54,719 bases of DNA from Polynucleobacter sp. (GCA_036821065.1 DAISKI010000001.1:1-54719); one strand, 5' to 3'. Numbered from the stretch's first letter, positions 37,185 to 48,721 are shown. Program-made: numbers and translations. The notes: generated from the sequence alone by a model not told the origin.

Positions 37185-38733
37185 TTTGAGAGAGGGTTTT
37201 AGCGGGGGTGATTAATGAGTCTAAAGCTTTTGCGGAAGACAAAACTCCAGGAATTCCAGCGCCTGGATGGGTGCTCGCACCAACCATGTAGAGACCCTCG
37301 ATATCTTCACTACGATTATGTGGTCTAAACCAAGCACTTTGAGTAAGCAGTGGCTCTAAACCAAAAGCAGCGCCTTTATAAGAGAGCAGTCTGTCTTTAA
37401 AATCTTCTGGGGTCATGACAAATGATTCCACCAAATTCTCTTGCAGCCCAGGCAGGATGGTCTCTTCAAGCATCTTTGCGATTGCTTTTCTATAGGGCTC
37501 AGCCTCTTGCTTCCAATCTGTACCACTATCTAGGTGCGGAACTGGGGAGAGAACGTAAAAGGTATCACATCCTGGAGGAGCTAAAAAAGGATCTGTTGCC
37601 GTAGGGCGATGTAAATATAAGCTGAAATCTTTAGCTAAATGATGGCGCTTAAAAATATCATCTAAAAGTGCTTTGTAACGCTTTCCTAAAAGCATCATAT
37701 GGTGCGGTATTTTAGGATATTGCTTTTTTGTACCAAAGTACCATACAAATAAACTCATTGAGTACTTGCCATTCTCAATTTTTTTATCAGTCCATATTTT
37801 GCGATGCTCGGGATCAATCAAATTTTTGTAGGTCCATGCAGTATCTGCATTACACACCACTTTATTGGCATATAAAACATCACCATTCTCTAAAGTTACT
37901 CCTCTAACCTTACTGTCAACGATATTAATTTTTTTAACAGTGCTTGCGTAACGAATTCTGACGCCAAGGCCATTTAGTAAACCAACCAGCCCCTTGATAA
38001 TGGATCCTGTTCCACCCATTGCAGAATGGACTCCCCATTTACGCTCTAAGGAATTAATTAATGCGTATACAGAGGTCACTGAAAAAGGATTGCCGCCAAT
38101 TAATAATGGATGAAAGCTCATCACCTCTCTAAGCTGCGGATCTTTAATGTGCTTTGCAACCAGGCTATATAGATTATTCCAAGCCCGCATCTTGACGAGA
38201 CTGGGAAACGCCTTTGCTAAATCTTTCAAGCTGTCAAATGCAACATCTCCTAGCTCTTCAAATCCGAGTTTGTAGCAGTACTCTGCCTCTTCTAAAAAGC
38301 GCAGGTAACCCGGTAGATCATTAGGACTAAATTTAGCAATTTCTTGCTTCATACGCTCTAAATCACCGGTGTAGTTAAATATGCGGCCGTCTGCAAAGCG
38401 GATTTGATAGAACGGATCCATAGCGCGCAAATCAACATCATTAGACATTTTTTTGCCGCACAAACTCCATAACTCTTCTAATAGAAAAGGAGCGGTAATA
38501 ATCGTGGGACCAGCATCAAATGTAAAGCCATTCCTTCTATGAACGTAAGCTCTACCTCCGGCGTCTCCCAGCCTTTCTAAAACCTGAACGTCATACCCTT
38601 TTACAGCCAAGCGAATCGCTGCAGCAAGACCACCAAAACCCGCACCAATTACAAGAGCACGTTCAGAAGCACTTACATCACTAGCTGCCGCAATGTTTTC
38701 GGGGATTTTAAATTGATCGACCTGTCGGTCCAT
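37174..38733 (-). CDS. crtI: Phytoene desaturase
   Basis: GAGFGG, FDAGPTIIT, QSAWFRPHN and THPGAGIPGV motifs. Confidence 0.96.
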   Translation of the reverse strand: MDRQVDQFKIPENIAAASDVSASERALVIGAGFGGLAAAIRLAVKGYDVQVLERLGDAGGRAYVHRRNGFTFDAGPTIITAPFLLEELWSLCGKKMSNDVDLRAMDPFYQIRFADGRIFNYTGDLERMKQEIAKFSPNDLPGYLRFLEEAEYCYKLGFEELGDVAFDSLKDLAKAFPSLVKMRAWNNLYSLVAKHIKDPQLREVMSFHPLLIGGNPFSVTSVYALINSLERKWGVHSAMGGTGSIIKGLVGLLNGLGVRIRYASTVKKINIVDSKVRGVTLENGDVLYANKVVCNADTAWTYKNLIDPEHRKIWTDKKIENGKYSMSLFVWYFGTKKQYPKIPHHMMLLGKRYKALLDDIFKRHHLAKDFSLYLHRPTATDPFLAPPGCDTFYVLSPVPHLDSGTDWKQEAEPYRKAIAKMLEETILPGLQENLVESFVMTPEDFKDRLLSYKGAAFGLEPLLTQSAWFRPHNRSEDIEGLYMVGASTHPGAGIPGVLSSAKALDSLITPAKTLSQNAR

Positions 38734-38753
38734 CAGACATCCTTTATTTAAAT

Positions 38754-38782
38754 ACCCCTTTGATATGTTCTATCAAAGGGGT
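38754..38782 (-). terminator. Stem-loop after pufC (terminator or mRNA decay barrier)
   Basis: ACCCCTTTGATA-TGTTC-TATCAAAGGGGT perfect 12-bp stem; weak U-tract. Confidence 0.7.
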
Positions 38783-38790
38783 TGATCAAG

Positions 38791-39834
38791 CTACTGCGCT
38801 GTACTATGCAAACTATCCTTTGGCATATCTCGATTTGGAGCGAGATATGGATAATCTTTCAACATACTCTGGCCTAAAAGTGGCTTATTAACACCTTGGT
38901 GACATGTAGCGCAATTTGCTTTTGCAACATCCCCATCTTTTCCTTTGCGATTGGCAGGAAAGACAGCAACTAAGGAGTCCATATAGTTAGTATTGACATC
39001 CTTTAACATCTGAATCCCGTACCAAGCCTGAACACGTTGCGGCGTACTTTCTTCCCAACTACTAAACGCGCGACTGTTATGACAGAATGTGCAGTTAACT
39101 CCAAGAGAATGCGCCATGTGCGACATGACACCGTAGACACTTTCGGTACTTTGTAAAGAGGCTTCATGCCCTGTGGGTAAGGCAGTACCACCTTGTATAC
39201 GAGCGGCAGAGGCATTTGCAACAAAGTAGCTACTAAACGTGTTATTGGGTAACGAAGCATAAGCACTACCTACCAATGGATCATTTTGACCATTCTTATT
39301 ACCAAGCATACCGCCGCCTTGTTTCTCGACTGGATTAAACCATACGTTTTGTGGAATATTATTGCCACGGTGGCAGGTATAGCAAGTCACACCTGTTACC
39401 TTCACATGATCACCCCAGTTACCATTAATATTTTGATTCATCTGAATCATTCTTCTGGCGACTGTTTTTGTATAAAGTGAATCGTCAGCAAAGTTTTGCA
39501 AGTTATGACAGAAAGCGCAACCCTGATTAGGCGCAACCCAAGAGGTCATTGAAACCATGAACGTACCAAACTGTGCGGTACTCAAATTGCCTAAAACTTT
39601 GACATTTTGATAAACTGCGCCGGCTTTTGGGCCATCTGGAGAAGCCGGTATACCCGCAGGTATCTGATTAATCTTGGCTAGCTGCTCCTGTGTTCTGGGA
39701 TTATTAACTTGATCCATACCAGTGCCACGGTAACCCGTTTGCTTTGAGGCAACTGGTGGACGCTCACAAGCAGTGAGCGTAAGGATTGCCAAAACGCTCA
39801 GTGCAATGGCAATTTTTTGGCGAATATTTTTCAT
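38791..39834 (-). CDS. pufC: Reaction-centre-bound tetraheme cytochrome c
   Basis: Lipobox LTAC followed by ERPP; four CxxCH motifs (CAFCH, CYTCH, CTFCH, CATCH). Confidence 0.97.
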   Translation of the reverse strand: MKNIRQKIAIALSVLAILTLTACERPPVASKQTGYRGTGMDQVNNPRTQEQLAKINQIPAGIPASPDGPKAGAVYQNVKVLGNLSTAQFGTFMVSMTSWVAPNQGCAFCHNLQNFADDSLYTKTVARRMIQMNQNINGNWGDHVKVTGVTCYTCHRGNNIPQNVWFNPVEKQGGGMLGNKNGQNDPLVGSAYASLPNNTFSSYFVANASAARIQGGTALPTGHEASLQSTESVYGVMSHMAHSLGVNCTFCHNSRAFSSWEESTPQRVQAWYGIQMLKDVNTNYMDSLVAVFPANRKGKDGDVAKANCATCHQGVNKPLLGQSMLKDYPYLAPNRDMPKDSLHSTAQ

Positions 39835-40829
39835 TTTTTCTCCCCTGTTGCTACTGGAGCTGATGGTGCTTTTAAAGCAGGATCAGAAACAGTCCCATAA
39901 ATTGCAGGGTAACTAGGCGCCATATTGTGCTTAACACCCCACAGATACCAGTTATCAACAACCGTACCAGTTAGCAATATTCCAATTCCGCCTGTCAGTG
40001 GGGTAAGCACTGCAAACCACCAGGCCCAACGGTGAATAGACTCCATCGTAGCGTTAAAGCCCATGGTCCATCTCCAGAATAAAGCAGCGCGCTCGGATGC
40101 AGTGCCACGATCAACGATCTGCTCAATCTCCCTTTCGCCACCAAAACGACTCACTGCCAGGATGGTTGCGCCGTGCATTGCGAACAAGAGCACTGAACCA
40201 TACAGGAACACAATCGAGAGCATATGGAATGGGTTGTAAAAGAGATTTCCGTAGCGTATTGAAAGAGCAGATGTCCAGTCTAGGTGGGAAAAGATCCCGA
40301 AAGGTACGCCCTCACTCCAACTACCCATCAACACTGGACGGATGAGGCCTAATACTAAAAATAGCCATATTGCTGAGGCGAATGCCCAAGGTACATGAGT
40401 ACCCATTCCGAGAGCCTGAGCCCTACGGAAAGTTCTCAACCACCACAGCATGATTGAGATGGTTGAAAATAAACCTACGATTAACCACCATCCGCCCTCA
40501 TTCATTGGCGGAAAGGTCAATCCATATTTAGGCGCTGGGGCATCTAAAGAGAGCCAAAACAGTTTTCGCACAAACTGGAGTGGGTTCCATCCCACTTGAG
40601 CCAGCATATTCATGCCAATAATAAAAAATGCTGTCATACCAAATATTAGGGAAGCAACCCCTAACCTACCAAGATATACCGGCCCGAGCTGCGCATTGCC
40701 GAGTCGACCCATAAGATGACTAAATCCAATAGAGCGAGTTCGCTCACGCATATCGTAGTCGTTGATTGGAACGCCACGACTTGCTGGACCAGTTACTTGT
40801 GTTTGTGTAAATAGATTTTGATATTCCAT
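39831..40829 (-). CDS. pufM: Reaction centre M subunit
   Basis: [23 protein letters not shown] and [10 protein letters not shown] motifs. Confidence 0.98.
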   Translation of the reverse strand: MEYQNLFTQTQVTGPASRGVPINDYDMRERTRSIGFSHLMGRLGNAQLGPVYLGRLGVASLIFGMTAFFIIGMNMLAQVGWNPLQFVRKLFWLSLDAPAPKYGLTFPPMNEGGWWLIVGLFSTISIMLWWLRTFRRAQALGMGTHVPWAFASAIWLFLVLGLIRPVLMGSWSEGVPFGIFSHLDWTSALSIRYGNLFYNPFHMLSIVFLYGSVLLFAMHGATILAVSRFGGEREIEQIVDRGTASERAALFWRWTMGFNATMESIHRWAWWFAVLTPLTGGIGILLTGTVVDNWYLWGVKHNMAPSYPAIYGTVSDPALKAPSAPVATGEKK

Positions 40830-40861
40830 AATGCTCTCCGCATTTTCAATTTAGCCGAAAA

Positions 40862-41686
40862 CTAACCCCAGATTGGTAAATTCAACCACCATGTCCACCA
40901 TTCAGGCCAACCCTTTGTCCAAAAAGGGCCACTAATAACAATACAAACAGCACTCCAAAATACCGCCGCCAAGGCTAAAAATAATCCGAGGCGATGAATA
41001 CCCAATGTTCCAACGGAATATCCAATGATGTCTCTAAAAAAAGTATCTTCATGCTCAGGAGTTTTGACCGGCTGTCCAGGCTGTGGATTGGTAGAAGATA
41101 GGATCAAAGCTCCATGAAGTGCAAGCGCTAAAGTAGTAGTAAAAAATAGCGTTACTGCAATCATGTGGGCTGGGTTGTAGTGGAAATGAAGATACTGATA
41201 GCCCGTATTTGATACCCAATCCAAGTGACTTAAGATGCCGTAAGGAAAGCCATAGCCCCATGCGCCCATTAAAACTGGGCGAATCACTACTAAAGAAAAG
41301 TACGCGAAGATTGCCATACTAAAAGCAACCGGTACATGAAGACCCATACCCAATTTACGAGAAATTTCTACTTCACGTAGGGCCCATGATCCGAAGGCTC
41401 CCAAGGCGCAGATAGTGATGATTTGCCACAATCCGCCCTCCATCAAAGGAGCTACGCCCAAACCATATTTGATATCCGGAGGGGCAATATTAATTTGCCA
41501 GGGATTAAAGACGCCTGCCTGGGAGGTGCCCCAAAAAATCATTGCAGTTCCGAGGAACGCAAAAAATAGAGTGGTGACCCCAAAAAACCCGACGTAGAAA
41601 GGGCCTACCCAGAAATCAAAAAGATCTCCTCCTATTAGGGTCCCACCGCGCACGCGGTATTTTTTTTCAAAGTTGAGCATGGCCAT
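40862..41686 (-). CDS. pufL: Reaction centre L subunit
   Basis: [28 protein letters not shown] and GTLGIHRLG motifs. Confidence 0.98.
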   Translation of the reverse strand: MAMLNFEKKYRVRGGTLIGGDLFDFWVGPFYVGFFGVTTLFFAFLGTAMIFWGTSQAGVFNPWQINIAPPDIKYGLGVAPLMEGGLWQIITICALGAFGSWALREVEISRKLGMGLHVPVAFSMAIFAYFSLVVIRPVLMGAWGYGFPYGILSHLDWVSNTGYQYLHFHYNPAHMIAVTLFFTTTLALALHGALILSSTNPQPGQPVKTPEHEDTFFRDIIGYSVGTLGIHRLGLFLALAAVFWSAVCIVISGPFWTKGWPEWWTWWLNLPIWG

Positions 41687-41703
41687 TTAGCGCTCCTTAC
41701 ACA

Positions 41704-41771
41704 GTGAGAATTCTTCTCACATTAAATTAATCTTGCGTAGACGAATCACTATTTCTAGAAATTCGCCTACG
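41704..41771 (-). other. pufA-pufL intercistronic stem-loops
   Basis: Minus-strand CGTAGGCGAAT...ATTCGTCTACG stem (41736-41771) and GTGAGAA/TTCTCAC stem (41704-41720); same position as the pufBA mRNA-stabilising hairpin of Rhodobacter. Confidence 0.7.
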
Positions 41772-41785
41772 GTTTACACATCTAA

Positions 41786-41962
41786 CTACTTCTTCGCTGC
41801 TGATATAGCTGCTTTGTACTGCTCTTGACTCATACCATCCAACCATTTGTATTGAACTGTGCTCAATAAAATGAGATGAATCATTGCTGCCAAAGCAAAG
41901 AGAAAAACGCCCTGTGCAACCATCGCACGTAGTGGGTCGTATAGTTTCCAAATTCTCCACAT
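41786..41962 (-). CDS. pufA: LH1 alpha polypeptide, 58 aa
   Basis: Hand translation [43 protein letters not shown]...; BChl-ligand His and Trp at +11; AGGAG RBS. Confidence 0.97.
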   Translation of the reverse strand: MWRIWKLYDPLRAMVAQGVFLFALAAMIHLILLSTVQYKWLDGMSQEQYKAAISAAKK

Positions 41963-41972
41963 AATATTTCTC

Positions 41973-42194
41973 CTAATTTAAGTAAGACATAAAACTGTAA
42001 ACACCTGATTCAACTGACTTAAAGAATGAACCTCCGTCAGTTCCAGAAAATAACCAACTTTTCTGGGAAGCAGGCAAGATAATTAAAAAAAGCGCTACAA
42101 CAAAGAGCACCACGTAACTAATCAAAAAAATAATTTTGAATGACAAGGTGTCATACAAAACATGTTTATGCATTAAATCCGTATTGGTCTTCAT
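41973..42194 (-). CDS. 73-aa membrane protein of unknown function between pufB and pufA
   Basis: GAGGGAG RBS, one strong TM helix plus an amphipathic C-terminus; fills the pufB-pufA gap. Confidence 0.8.
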   Translation of the reverse strand: MKTNTDLMHKHVLYDTLSFKIIFLISYVVLFVVALFLIILPASQKSWLFSGTDGGSFFKSVESGVYSFMSYLN

Positions 42195-42243
42195 AAAAAC
42201 ACTCCCTCTAATTAACTACGTTTACTATGTACTTACTACTGCA

Positions 42244-42390
42244 TCAAAAGAACCATGGACGCCATGCCCATACAAGTATGTGCGCGACGACAGCGATTGC
42301 AACAAACCCAAGAAGACCTTGCATATAAAATGTATGGAATTCTTTAGCCTCTGCATCGGTAAGCCCAGATATAGATCTGTTTTCACTCAT
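42244..42390 (-). CDS. pufB: LH1 beta polypeptide, 48 aa
   Basis: Hand translation [57 protein letters not shown]. Confidence 0.97.
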   Translation of the reverse strand: MSENRSISGLTDAEAKEFHTFYMQGLLGFVAIAVVAHILVWAWRPWFF

Positions 42391-42513
42391 GATGACTACT
42401 CCTTGAAACTGACCTTGCGGTCTTTTCTACATCACCCCTGTAGATTTGAGGATATGGCCTAACTACACCATATTGGTTTAGCTCTTTACTTGAGCAATTT
42501 TTTTGAATGTATG

Positions 42514-43971
42514 TCATGCAGTTTCCCCTTCAACCAAAGAGAAAGATGACTTCTGTAAACAAGCTACAGTTACTTTTTCAATATTTTGTTTGCGTGCTTC
42601 AAATTCAGCCTCATCACGGATCTTTTTTGCCGCTGATATTTGAGTGAGTACAGGCTGCTTACTAATTAATTTATTTAATAATTCTTGAGCCTCTTGCTCC
42701 CATGGCATAGCCTGAATAGAGCTTTGTAATTTTGCTGGGGTTGGATCAACTTTATCCATCTCAGTACCCAAAGGCAAAATATTGAACAATGCATCGAATA
42801 GTGAATTACAAACTTCCTGAATCAAATAGACCGCTCCGGAATACCCCATGTACGGGGTACCGGTATGTCTGCGAATAATTGCTCCAGGGAAAGAGGCGGG
42901 TATAAAAGAAAAACGGGCGCTGACTTCACTACCGTACATTCTCTCGTTATAGCTTCCGAACATTACTAGTGGAGCTTTCTTCTGAACCAGCTCTCTGATT
43001 TCTACATTATTTGTCTTATTTCCAGGCAGTCTAGAAACTGCAAAGTTGCATGGAAGACCCATTTCCTCTTCGAGGAAGTTTCTAACGCCTCTGGTGTAGG
43101 TTTCGCTAGCCACGATGGCAAAACTGGCTGTTCCAAAAAAGTCTTGCGTAACAGAGCGCCATAAATCCCAGATTGGCTTTAATGTTGTGTGCTTTTCTTT
43201 TTCAATAAAGGGCTCCACATCGAGCTCACACAACTCCCCAAGTTTTCTGAGAAAGGCAGTCGTAGATTGCATTCCAATGGGGGCTTGCAAGTAAGGCCGC
43301 TCAAGCGTCTCGCACAAGAGTCGTCCATACTCTCGATACATGCAGATATTGACATCTGCATCAATAAGCTTTGGAATGTCAGCAAGGTGCGTTCCCAAGG
43401 GGAATACTAAATTGACTTCTGCGCCAACTCCCTCGACCAATCGTCTAATTTCTGCTAAATCACTGTATAAATTGAAGCTACCGTAAGAGGGTCCAATAAT
43501 ATTGACCCTCGGTTTTGTATCTGCGCTTCTTTTGCGTGGGGGAATTTTTTTAAGACCATACTCAGTCCATAACCAATTCATTGCCCTATTTGCACACTGC
43601 CATTGATCCTCGTCAATCGTCCGTGGCAAGAAGCGCTTGATACCAGTTCCCTCGGGAGTTACGCCACCACCAATCATCTCCGCAATAGAACCAGTGACTA
43701 CCACTGCAGGCAAATCAGGATCAAGTACCTTATGAGCACGTTTCATCGACTCTTCAGTACCTTCTCTACCTAATTGCTCTTCAGCCAAACCTGTCACCAC
43801 GATAGGCAGCTCATGAGGGGGCAAGGCATCCGTGTAATGCAATACTGATGTCACCGGCAAGTTTTCACAGCCAACTGGTCCGTCGATCACGACCTGCAGC
43901 CCCTTTACAGCTGTAAATACATATACAGCCCCCCAATATCCTCCAGCGCGATCATGGTCTAGTACTAGCAT
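42514..43971 (-). CDS. bchZ: Chlorophyllide reductase subunit Z
   Basis: [25 protein letters not shown] and WRSVTQDFF motifs. Confidence 0.97.
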   Translation of the reverse strand: MLVLDHDRAGGYWGAVYVFTAVKGLQVVIDGPVGCENLPVTSVLHYTDALPPHELPIVVTGLAEEQLGREGTEESMKRAHKVLDPDLPAVVVTGSIAEMIGGGVTPEGTGIKRFLPRTIDEDQWQCANRAMNWLWTEYGLKKIPPRKRSADTKPRVNIIGPSYGSFNLYSDLAEIRRLVEGVGAEVNLVFPLGTHLADIPKLIDADVNICMYREYGRLLCETLERPYLQAPIGMQSTTAFLRKLGELCELDVEPFIEKEKHTTLKPIWDLWRSVTQDFFGTASFAIVASETYTRGVRNFLEEEMGLPCNFAVSRLPGNKTNNVEIRELVQKKAPLVMFGSYNERMYGSEVSARFSFIPASFPGAIIRRHTGTPYMGYSGAVYLIQEVCNSLFDALFNILPLGTEMDKVDPTPAKLQSSIQAMPWEQEAQELLNKLISKQPVLTQISAAKKIRDEAEFEARKQNIEKVTVACLQKSSFSLVEGETA

Positions 43972-45494
43972 CAACCAATCTCCTCTGCTTTTTGTTTGGC
44001 CATCGCTTTTTCTAGGCGACGCTTTACATCAGCTTTAAATTCTGGGCGATCAACTGGTACTGATTCCCATACGCCTGTGGCATGATCTTTACCAACACCC
44101 TCAAAGAACGAATTCATACTATTGAATCGATCTTGATTAGCTAATGCGGCATTTACGACTTGCGCAAGTGATCCTGCACCTGCAGCACCCATTAATGGTC
44201 TAGCTGAAATCAGGTTAGTAAAGTACAAAGCTGGGATAGCCAACTCTTTGGCCTTTTGCACCACTGGTGTTGTACCAATCACCAAATCAGGTGAAAACTC
44301 TTTCATCGCTGCCAGGTCTTGCTCTAGTGATGCGCGATACTCGACATGCACGCCACGGCTTTCAAGCCAGTCTAAATCACCACTACTCCATGCCGTTTTT
44401 GGACATGCACTTCCTACGTAACGTACATCAGCACCACTCTCTACTAATAAGCGTGCCACTAGTAATTCAGAGCCCTCATAACCACTAATAGTGATCCTTC
44501 CTTTGATGGGCTTTGCTTTTAAGGCAGATTGAATCATTGGTAAAAACTGATTTTTTGCATGGCCAATTTTTTCTTGGCTGACGCCATTGGCAGCGCCGAT
44601 TTGCTCCAACCAATTTGCCGTACCGTCATAACCTACCGGAGCCGATCCCACAATAGTCCGACCAGCATTTTCAAATTCACGAATACTTGCTGTGTAAAAC
44701 GGATGAATTGCTGCGACAACCTTGGAATCTAAAGCTTGATATAGCTCGCGCCACTCTCTAGTTGGTACAACTGGTCCGACACCCAAACCCATTGGCTCTA
44801 ACATCATGCCAATACTGATCGGATCTACCGGGAACATTTCACCCAATAAGGTAACAGTAGGTTTATCAGATAAGCCATTTCGTGGCGCAGAAACAGGGCC
44901 ATTCATAATTTCAGTACGGGCGTAGCGCAACATTGCACTTGCTAGAACATCTTTTGCCTCAGCATGAGTAGGCACTCCAAATCCAGGAACATCGATACCG
45001 ATGATGCGAACACCATTGATTTCCTTTGGTAATAATTGCAATGGAACGCCGCTGGCAGTTGGAACGCATAAATTAATAATGACTATGGCGTCATAAAGAT
45101 CGGGATTCGCTTCTTTGTAAACCGCATCACGAATATCTTCGAATAACTTTCCAGTAACAAGAGATTCAGAGTTAAATGGTACATATCCAACACTACGGCG
45201 TGCACCATAAAAGTGGGAAGTAAACGTAAGTCCATATACACAACAGGCTGAACCCGACAGAATCGTAGCCGTCCTACGCATTCTCAAACCGACCCGTAAA
45301 GAACCAAAGGCTGGGCACATACTTTGCGGCTGATCATGAGGACCTTTAGGGTAATCCTTTGCGTATTGACCCAAGATTTCACTTTTATTGGCCGACTTAG
45401 CAGCCGCCAGCAATTCTTCTGCACCTGAATGACAAGTTATCCCAGTCTCAGCAGTATTCTGAGACTGTATTGGGATAACTTTAGATGATTTCAC
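43971..45494 (-). CDS. bchY: Chlorophyllide reductase subunit Y
   Basis: [23 protein letters not shown] and NLCVPTASG motifs. Confidence 0.97.
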   Translation of the reverse strand: MKSSKVIPIQSQNTAETGITCHSGAEELLAAAKSANKSEILGQYAKDYPKGPHDQPQSMCPAFGSLRVGLRMRRTATILSGSACCVYGLTFTSHFYGARRSVGYVPFNSESLVTGKLFEDIRDAVYKEANPDLYDAIVIINLCVPTASGVPLQLLPKEINGVRIIGIDVPGFGVPTHAEAKDVLASAMLRYARTEIMNGPVSAPRNGLSDKPTVTLLGEMFPVDPISIGMMLEPMGLGVGPVVPTREWRELYQALDSKVVAAIHPFYTASIREFENAGRTIVGSAPVGYDGTANWLEQIGAANGVSQEKIGHAKNQFLPMIQSALKAKPIKGRITISGYEGSELLVARLLVESGADVRYVGSACPKTAWSSGDLDWLESRGVHVEYRASLEQDLAAMKEFSPDLVIGTTPVVQKAKELAIPALYFTNLISARPLMGAAGAGSLAQVVNAALANQDRFNSMNSFFEGVGKDHATGVWESVPVDRPEFKADVKRRLEKAMAKQKAEEIG

Positions 45495-45508
45495 AATAGC
45501 TCCGGTCT

Positions 45509-46516
45509 TTAGGCTTTGTCGTAAATCACTTCAAGTGTTGGCTTAGTTACCTCATTCTTGCCAACCATATCAAAAATAGTCGCAGGCTCAAGAACGATGT
45601 CTCTACCAACTTGACTAGCTGAAAATAAACCCAGTAAATCATCTGGTGCCATTGGCTTTGGTCGGACTGGAGGAGCCTCAGCAACATTGCTTGCTAAGCC
45701 TGCAAAGAGAGGGCCCCATTGCGAATCTGGCTTACCAATGATTTCGTAACTAGCACTTTTCCTTCTAATATCGTCATTCGCCGGAATAACTGAAAGGATT
45801 GGAATGCCCACTTGTTCAGCAAAAGCGGTTGCCTCACCAGTGCCATCATCTCTATTAATTACCATGCCAGCCACCCCGACATTGCCGCCTAATTTGCGGA
45901 AGTATTCGACAGCAGAGCACACATTATTCGCAACATAAAGAGATTGGAGATCATTACTAGCAACAACAATGACCTTCTGGCACATATCCCTGGCAATGGG
46001 TAATCCAAAACCTCCGCAGACTACGTCGCCCAAAAAATCTAGCAATACGTAATCAAAGCCCCAGTCATGAAAACCAAGCTTCTCAAGTGTCTCAAAGCCG
46101 TGAATGATTCCTCGGCCACCGCATCCTCTTCCAACTTCAGGGCCGCCTAGCTCCATGGCATAAACACCATCTCGCTTGAAACAAACGTCTCCAATCTTGA
46201 CTTCCTCACCCGCCAACTTCTTTTTGGAAGAAGTTTCAATAATGGTTGGGCAAGCTTTGCCGCCAAACAATAATGAAGTAGTGTCGCTTTTAGGATCACA
46301 GCCAATCAGCAATACTTTTTTACCCTGCTGAGCCATCATGTAAGACAAGTTTGCTAGGGTAAAGCTTTTCCCGATTCCACCTTTGCCATAAATTGCAATG
46401 ATCTGGGTTTCTTTTTTAATCTCGCCTGTATGAACTTGATCAGGCTCAATAGCGGCCTCTTTTTTCAATTGCGCAAATTGAATTGTTATTTCTTTTGGGA
46501 CGCTTGGGGCATTCAT
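45509..46516 (-). CDS. bchX: Chlorophyllide reductase iron protein
   Basis: [18 protein letters not shown] and GRGCGGRG motifs; ATG 46516 forms an ATGA overlap with the bchC stop. Confidence 0.97.
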   Translation of the reverse strand: MNAPSVPKEITIQFAQLKKEAAIEPDQVHTGEIKKETQIIAIYGKGGIGKSFTLANLSYMMAQQGKKVLLIGCDPKSDTTSLLFGGKACPTIIETSSKKKLAGEEVKIGDVCFKRDGVYAMELGGPEVGRGCGGRGIIHGFETLEKLGFHDWGFDYVLLDFLGDVVCGGFGLPIARDMCQKVIVVASNDLQSLYVANNVCSAVEYFRKLGGNVGVAGMVINRDDGTGEATAFAEQVGIPILSVIPANDDIRRKSASYEIIGKPDSQWGPLFAGLASNVAEAPPVRPKPMAPDDLLGLFSASQVGRDIVLEPATIFDMVGKNEVTKPTLEVIYDKA

Positions 46517-47463
46517 AATGCTTCTCTCCAATCAACTACCATTTTGAGACAGTTAGGATCTTCAAATGCAGTGCGATATGCATCACTAATTGAAGAGGGC
46601 TTACGATGATGCGTTATCAATCCATCGAGATTTAATATGCCTTTTGATATGAGCTGCTTAACATCTTTTAAATCCTGAGGCGCCCACTGTGCAGCAATCC
46701 GAAATTTAGCTTCCTTCATGAATGCTCTAGGAAAGTTAAATTGAATATCTTTGTCATAAAAACCAGCAAGCGTGATTTCTCCGCCAATCTGAAGTTGACT
46801 AACTAATTTATTTAATACACTCACCTGCCCGCTTGCATCGCAAATGTTTTTATAGTTATTTACTTGATCATCACAAGGATGAAGAACGGTGTAGCCCTCA
46901 GCTCCACTCATACGATCTGCATCAATCTCCCAGACAACTGGCTGGTGACCAAGCATGACTGCAATTCGAGCGATCAATCTTCCTAAAACACCATGCCCCA
47001 CAATCAGATCAGGTTGTAATGATTTCTTACCTTGGGTCACGTGATATGCGGTAGCGGCCAGAGCAAGCAAAATCCCCTCTTCACCAATTTCTTCGGGGAG
47101 TTCAATAACCCTATCTGATGGGACGACAACATGTGACGAGGCTCCTCCGAACAAACCTTTGACATCTCCAAAACATTTAGCGCCAGGAACAAAAACTCTT
47201 TTATTAACACTCAAGTGAGATGACTTCCCTACTCGGGTAACTCTTCCCACTGATTCATATCCAGGCACGAGCGGATATCCCATTCCAGGAAAATCTGGCA
47301 TGGTTCCATTCCAGAGTAATTTTTCAGTTCCAGTACTAATTCCACTCCACTCTATTTGCACAACAACATCAGTGTCATTGGGCTCATCAAGCAAAAGTCG
47401 TTTCAACCGGAGCTCTTTTGGAGACTCCAGAAGCACTGCTGTGGAATGAAGCTGACTTTGCAT
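46513..47463 (-). CDS. bchC: 3-hydroxyethyl bacteriochlorophyllide a dehydrogenase
   Basis: SGISTGTE, FPGMGYPLVPGYE, LALAATAYH and CLKMVVDW motifs. Confidence 0.96.
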   Translation of the reverse strand: MQSQLHSTAVLLESPKELRLKRLLLDEPNDTDVVVQIEWSGISTGTEKLLWNGTMPDFPGMGYPLVPGYESVGRVTRVGKSSHLSVNKRVFVPGAKCFGDVKGLFGGASSHVVVPSDRVIELPEEIGEEGILLALAATAYHVTQGKKSLQPDLIVGHGVLGRLIARIAVMLGHQPVVWEIDADRMSGAEGYTVLHPCDDQVNNYKNICDASGQVSVLNKLVSQLQIGGEITLAGFYDKDIQFNFPRAFMKEAKFRIAAQWAPQDLKDVKQLISKGILNLDGLITHHRKPSSISDAYRTAFEDPNCLKMVVDWREAL

Positions 47464-47464
47464 A

Positions 47465-47508
47465 TGTCTATTTATATTTACTCTACTTTATGTAAACTAA
47501 TTTATACA
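47465..47508 (-). promoter_or_regulatory. Tandem PpsR boxes at the bchC promoter
   Basis: TGTCTATTTATATTTACT (one mismatch) + 8 nt + TGTAAACTAATTTATACA; canonical 8-bp-spaced bchC arrangement. Confidence 0.88.
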
Positions 47509-47543
47509 CTTATAAAATACTAGCTATTAGTATTTACCCTTAA

Positions 47544-48707
47544 TTACGTACTTATTAGCAAAACTTGGGCATTTATAGGCATATCCGATGGCAGTATTTC
47601 CACGCTTTTAAAGCCAGCCTGAAGGGCTAGCTGACCAATCTCATCGACCGTTCTGGGCCGCCCCCTTCCCATCGCCATTAAATAAAACCCAAAATAGGCA
47701 TGCCCCATTGGGGGATGATCTGGCGTTTCAGCCATAGGCTCAGCAATCAATAACTTTCCACCTGGAGAAAGCGCCCTAAAAATTGATCCTAATAAAATTT
47801 TTACCCGCTCATCGTCATGATCAAAGATGACACGAATCAACGTAATTAAGTCGGCTCCACTGGGCAGCTCATCCTTAAAGAAATCGCCACCGAAAACTTT
47901 GATCGATTGATTCTCTGAATTAGCCGAGAAATTTTCCGCGGCAAGATTCGCAACGCCTGGTAAGTCAAAAAGCATTCTCTCCAAGCGTGGTGATTGAAGA
48001 TGCACTCTTTTTAGAAAAGTACCTTGCCCCCCTCCAATATCCAATAAGCAGTGATGCCTTGAAAAATCATAGGCACCCAATACTTGATCTGCAACTAATG
48101 GGAGCGATGCAGACATTAAGTCTGAATAGTCTTTAACTCGATCCTGATCTTTAAGAGACTCTTGGTCTTCAAGATCATTGGAAACATAAGGCCAAAATTT
48201 TTCTAATTTCTTACTTTTGAGTTTTCCTGATAACAAAAGCAGGGGATCCCTCAAGTCTTCATATAAAACGCTATGGTGTTCTATCATGGCCGCTAGAGCG
48301 GAATTTTCAACTAGCGGAGCACCTAACTTCCCCAAACCATATCTGTGATTAGTACGAATTTCTAATAGATGAATTGATACAGCGGCATCCAGTAATTGTT
48401 TTAGAGGTGCACGTTCAAGACCACATTCATTTTTTATTGCCTCTAGGCTTAAAGGTCCATCCTTGAGGTAATTAAAAATATTTAGCCTTATACACGCCAA
48501 AAGAATTTGTGAATACACAAACCCGGCCATCACATCAAATAATTGGTTGGCTCTTTTTTTTGCGATACTCCGTAAAAATGGAATTTTTGCAACAGTATTT
48601 TGAAACCGTGAATTTGCAATGAGCTTGTCTTTGTAGATATGCAGTCTATCTAATAGACCATAATCACTTTGGTCTTGTTCAAGCGGAATTGTGCGGACTT
48701 GAGACAC
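47544..48707 (-). CDS. crtF: Hydroxyneurosporene/demethylspheroidene O-methyltransferase
   Basis: LFDVMAGFVYSQ, LLDIGGGQG and YFGFYLMAMGRGRPR motifs; GTG start. Confidence 0.94.
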   Translation of the reverse strand: MSQVRTIPLEQDQSDYGLLDRLHIYKDKLIANSRFQNTVAKIPFLRSIAKKRANQLFDVMAGFVYSQILLACIRLNIFNYLKDGPLSLEAIKNECGLERAPLKQLLDAAVSIHLLEIRTNHRYGLGKLGAPLVENSALAAMIEHHSVLYEDLRDPLLLLSGKLKSKKLEKFWPYVSNDLEDQESLKDQDRVKDYSDLMSASLPLVADQVLGAYDFSRHHCLLDIGGGQGTFLKRVHLQSPRLERMLFDLPGVANLAAENFSANSENQSIKVFGGDFFKDELPSGADLITLIRVIFDHDDERVKILLGSIFRALSPGGKLLIAEPMAETPDHPPMGHAYFGFYLMAMGRGRPRTVDEIGQLALQAGFKSVEILPSDMPINAQVLLIST

Positions 48708-48721
48708 TGTAACTCAGCGTG

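Noticed and set aside
38759..38776. TTGAT...ATCAA resembling an FNR box
   Set aside because: The spacer is 7 nt rather than 4, and the sequence is part of the pufC 3' hairpin.
41727..41960. 77-aa minus-strand ORF from the track
   Set aside because: Alternative frame over the real pufA (41786-41962), which has the RBS and LH1 alpha motifs.
42136..42462. 108-aa + strand ORF
   Set aside because: Antisense to pufB and the 73-aa ORF; no recognisable motifs.
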